IMG/VR virus record: IMGVR_UViG_3300008259_004750
Location: 1-64,000 of that record
Source: an uncultured virus (IMG/VR IMGVR_UViG_3300008259_004750)
Lineage: Duplodnaviria; Heunggongvirae; Uroviricota; Caudoviricetes
Strand: one strand, 5' to 3'
DNA length: 64,000 nucleotides
The notes under the pieces were generated by a model. It had not been told where the DNA came from, did not search any database, and saw nothing but the letters and a program-made list of their open reading frames with translations. The position numbers and the translations under genes are program-made. Shown piece by piece: positions 61,185 to 64,000 of this stretch; positions within the stretch are counted from its first letter, which is position 1, and every line of letters starts with the position of its first letter.

Positions 61185-61553
61185 ATGGAATTTATAAAAA
61201 AATATTGGTATTACTCAGTTATATTGGGGTTAGTTCTTTACATAATAACAACTCCAAAAAAAGTTTACAGAGTTGTCCCAAAAGAGAACGACAAATATGT
61301 TAAAGTTATAGATAAGTTAAAAGATAGTATCAATAACTTGAACTTAGAAAAAAATACCTTACTTTTGAATAAACCAACTTCCCAAGTTGAGACCGTTACG
61401 GTAACCATTAAATCACCACCAAAAGAAAAAATAATTTATCAAAATGAAGTCATTGTTCAAGAATCTGATTGTATTGATTTTTATTCTGACCGCAAGCTTG
61501 ACAGTTTGTGGACAGGAAGTAGAACTACCAAAAAGAATAATCTTAAAAGGTGA
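61185..61553 (+). CDS. Membrane-anchored coiled-coil protein (i-spanin-like)
   Basis: N-terminal TM YWYYSVILGLVLYII followed by a coiled coil. Confidence 0.45.
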   Translation: MEFIKKYWYYSVILGLVLYIITTPKKVYRVVPKENDKYVKVIDKLKDSINNLNLEKNTLLLNKPTSQVETVTVTIKSPPKEKIIYQNEVIVQESDCIDFYSDRKLDSLWTGSRTTKKNNLKR

Positions 61554-61947
61554 TTCGGGTGTTTTCTTCACAAAAAAACAAGAAAAAGTATTAATATACA
61601 AGTTGAATTATATCAAAACCCTTGAAAGACAGATTGATTCGTTAGAAAACGAAAACCAAAAATGTTCGGTTAATTTAAAAGCATCTGAAATAACTAATGA
61701 AGTTATTTCAAAAAGAAAAGAAGATTTATATCAAATTGTAAGTATACAAGATTCGTTAATAAAAGGTCAAGAAAGTATAATCAATACTAAAGACGAAAAA
61801 TTACGTAAATGGAAAAAAACAACTCTTTGCACTGGAGTTGTTGCGGTTGGTTGTGTTTTTGCCGGAGTCACAGGTGCTTGGTTACCCGCAGTCGCGGTAA
61901 TTGCCGTTACCGAAGCCGCAATTATTTTTACAAAAAAAACAAAATAA
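61444..61947 (+). CDS. Exported coiled-coil protein with C-terminal TM (spanin-like)
   Basis: Signal peptide ending LTVC/GQ, coiled coil, hydrophobic C-terminus; overlaps the previous gene by 110 nt. Confidence 0.45.
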   Translation: MKSLFKNLIVLIFILTASLTVCGQEVELPKRIILKGDSGVFFTKKQEKVLIYKLNYIKTLERQIDSLENENQKCSVNLKASEITNEVISKRKEDLYQIVSIQDSLIKGQESIINTKDEKLRKWKKTTLCTGVVAVGCVFAGVTGAWLPAVAVIAVTEAAIIFTKKTK

Positions 61948-61948
61948 G

Positions 61949-61981
61949 TTTGTCAGTTATCTAATTTTTTTTTTATCTTTG
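61949..61981 (+). promoter_or_regulatory. Bacteroidota-type promoter TTTG-N21-TATCTTTG
   Basis: Matches the -33 TTTG / -7 TAnnTTTG consensus, 26 nt upstream of ATG 62008. Confidence 0.65.
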
Positions 61982-62007
61982 TAGTCATAAATAAAAGAAC
62001 TATAAAA

Positions 62008-62433
62008 ATGAACATTATTAAGACAAAACTGAAAAAACTTTACTCAAAATTTATTATTTGGTCTCAGAAAAAAATTAAAGCAAATCAAAGGAGTAAAGAA
62101 GAGAATATTAAAACTTGTGTTTCAATATGTCGCAAATTAATAAAACACGAAAGTTCTAAGTTTGTTATCGCACCTATATCGGGTAAAAAATATATTAAAA
62201 ATAAAGAGCTAGGTCTTTTTGTAATTCTAGATGGTGGTAAAGTTAGTATCACAAACCACGTTTACCATTATGATATATTTTTAGATTTGAAAGAGTGGGA
62301 TAGTGTTGTACGAATGTATGATGCGAGAACCGAAAAAGAAGTACAAGTATATGAAAATGAAATAAAATCTCAGATTGAGGTCTCCCTATCAACGATACTT
62401 ACAAAAGTTAGTGAAAATAATTTAGTTATTTAA
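62008..62433 (+). CDS. Hypothetical protein
   Basis: 141-aa ORF with its own host-type promoter. Confidence 0.7.
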   Translation: MNIIKTKLKKLYSKFIIWSQKKIKANQRSKEENIKTCVSICRKLIKHESSKFVIAPISGKKYIKNKELGLFVILDGGKVSITNHVYHYDIFLDLKEWDSVVRMYDARTEKEVQVYENEIKSQIEVSLSTILTKVSENNLVI

Positions 62434-63148
62434 TCTCTTTTATAATCTTATCAATTAACCTATCAAGAGATTCGTTTTGATTTTTTCTTGGTTTGTATGA
62501 TGTCATTTTTGGTGAATTTCCTGTTCCTGATTTATTATGGGTTTTTTCCGCTCTCCTTTTTTGAGCACAAGCGGCCTTTTTCTGAGAATCCGACATTTTT
62601 GAGGCAACTCCTGCCGCTCTACATTTAGGGTATCCTTTATCAGAAGCTTCAGGTCTACCACATGGAGGGTGACCACCACCTTCTTTTGTTCTACATATAT
62701 TAACCCAAGGACCCTTAGGTTGACTACTACCCTTTGGTTTTTTCTTAGTTCCAAACCATACTGCTAAATCTTCTGAGATAGTACTCTCATTTATTTCAAC
62801 CCACTCTTTAATTGGTACAAAATTTAATCCTTTACCAGGGGTTTGATTTATATTATTTCCATCATCATCACTAAATGTCATGTACGGATTTTTTTTCATT
62901 TTATTAGTAATTTTTCGTGCAACCTTTTCAATTTTTTTTATTTGGTCTAATCTTTCATTCATTTTACCATCATAACTATCGTACTGTAATAACGGACTAT
63001 CATATTCTGATACAGGTATATTAAATGGTTGTAATTGTGTTTTATCAAAAGGTCTTATGCCTGGTTGTAGTGCGGTAATATAAGAACCGGCACCACCTGA
63101 ATCTGACGCAGCTTCCAATAAAACTTTTTTTATTATGTCACTTAACAT
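62426..63148 (-). CDS. Putative internal head protein with a basic Cys-containing domain
   Basis: IIKKVLLE leader; EDLAVWF...WVNIC...PCGR...YPKCR; C-terminal NESLDRLIDKIIKE. Confidence 0.6.
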   Translation of the reverse strand: MLSDIIKKVLLEAASDSGGAGSYITALQPGIRPFDKTQLQPFNIPVSEYDSPLLQYDSYDGKMNERLDQIKKIEKVARKITNKMKKNPYMTFSDDDGNNINQTPGKGLNFVPIKEWVEINESTISEDLAVWFGTKKKPKGSSQPKGPWVNICRTKEGGGHPPCGRPEASDKGYPKCRAAGVASKMSDSQKKAACAQKRRAEKTHNKSGTGNSPKMTSYKPRKNQNESLDRLIDKIIKEIK

Positions 63149-63187
63149 TTTAAAATAAAATTCTTATTATTATAAATATATCATTTT

Positions 63188-63427
63188 ATGGAAAACCAAG
63201 AAGAAGAATTATACGGAAAAATATTTGATGAAATTCCTTTAATTAGTGAAGAACATTTAGAATTGATTTTGTCAAATATGTCTTATGATGAGTCAATTTA
63301 TTTTTTAACTCAAGCATGTAAATCCGCTTACCACAGAGGAGCATTCTCTATAGGAGAAAGTGAAATAATCTCTAAAGCCATTAGAATTATATCTAAAACA
63401 AAAAATAAAACAACTACTGAGGATTAA
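63188..63427 (+). CDS. Hypothetical protein
   Basis: 79-aa ORF. Confidence 0.6.
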   Translation: MENQEEELYGKIFDEIPLISEEHLELILSNMSYDESIYFLTQACKSAYHRGAFSIGESEIISKAIRIISKTKNKTTTED

Positions 63428-63828
63428 TCTCCTGAAGACGGGTCTTCTTTTCCTGTTGTGGATGTATTAGACCCTGTCGATGTTACAGTACCTGTTCCTG
63501 TGGTATTAGTTCCTGTAGTTGATGTGTTAGTTTGAGTAGTTGCGGTATTACTTCCTGTAGTTTCTGTACTAGCGGTACTTGGTGCTGATGTAACTCCACC
63601 TGTTTTAATAGTATCTAAAGCCTTTACTATTGCTGCTGATGTTTTTGGTCCAAATCTGTTATCCGCGACTAAACCCGCATTAAAAGGTGCTTGATTTAAT
63701 TTGTTTTGAATATCTTGAATTGTATAATTGGTAGTTTGCTCAAACAAAAACGTGTTATACCCAACTTTAAGATGCTTAGATAAAATTTGTCTTCTTTCTA
63801 CTTCTGAAATTAATATTCTTTTTTTCAT
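63424..63828 (-). CDS. Protein with a peptidoglycan-binding-like (PG_binding_1) motif and Thr-rich tail
   Basis: IQDIQNKLN...LVADNRFGPKTSAAI. Confidence 0.6.
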   Translation of the reverse strand: MKKRILISEVERRQILSKHLKVGYNTFLFEQTTNYTIQDIQNKLNQAPFNAGLVADNRFGPKTSAAIVKALDTIKTGGVTSAPSTASTETTGSNTATTQTNTSTTGTNTTGTGTVTSTGSNTSTTGKEDPSSGD

Positions 63829-63847
63829 GTAAATATTTTTTAATTAA

Positions 63848-64000
63848 TTAATCACCGCTTGATGCACTGCTTGTTGTTGATTGTACTTCGTAAGGTGTTG
63901 GTGTCGGCGTTGGTGGTTTAACTCCATTTGTTAGTAAATCCATTATTTTGTTTATAGTTGTTTGGTCCATAGAACCTGTTGGTTTATAGGTTGAATCCAA
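63848..64000 (-). CDS. 3' end of a gene entering from outside the window (...PTGSMDQTTINKIMDLLTNGVKPPTPTPTP...SSGD*)
   Basis: Hand translation, open for 50 codons to TAA at 63848. Confidence 0.65.
   Translation of the reverse strand: MDSTYKPTGSMDQTTINKIMDLLTNGVKPPTPTPTPYEVQSTTSSASSGD

Noticed and set aside
1..64000. Stop-codon reassignment as the explanation for broken genes
   Set aside because: Long ORFs and tight operons are intact under code 11, TAA and TGA end ordinary genes, and most breaks are frame changes

Overview
AT-rich, gene-dense segment of what looks like a large tailed (myovirus/jumbo-like) bacteriophage genome, most plausibly infecting Bacteroidota. Phage markers: a gp5/VgrG-like baseplate spike, a gp55-like sigma factor, PhoH, dUTPase, a PolB-like exonuclease, a stand-alone WYL protein and probably the 5' end of a family-B DNA polymerase. 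All family calls come from motif recognition by eye, not database searches. Layout: (i) 0.15-8.8 kb, minus strand, mucin-like Pro/Thr-rich virion accessory genes, several broken by frameshifts, deletions or a nonsense codon; (ii) 8.8-21.6 kb, glycan-synthesis operon headed by a GT60 (polypeptide alpha-GlcNAc transferase-like) gene; (iii) 21.6-30.6 kb, tail-fibre plus three glycine-rich proteins, with the fibre gene split by a 14-bp duplication; (iv) a 2648-aa Pro/Thr-rich protein carrying an inserted reprolysin-type zinc metalloprotease; (v) 39.5-62.4 kb, plus strand, putative head proteins, a second glycosyltransferase/nucleotide-metabolism cluster, sigma factor, baseplate and lysis-like genes. 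The best candidate for a new system is phage-encoded mucin-type O-glycosylation of virion proteins: about 17 GT genes (about 19 GT-like domains), five methyltransferase domains and a UDP-GlcNAc 2-epimerase sit beside many TPT-repeat substrates. A sense-strand TATTTA(T/C) motif precedes about 17 genes, mostly structural ones. No tRNA, rRNA, CRISPR array or mobile element was seen.
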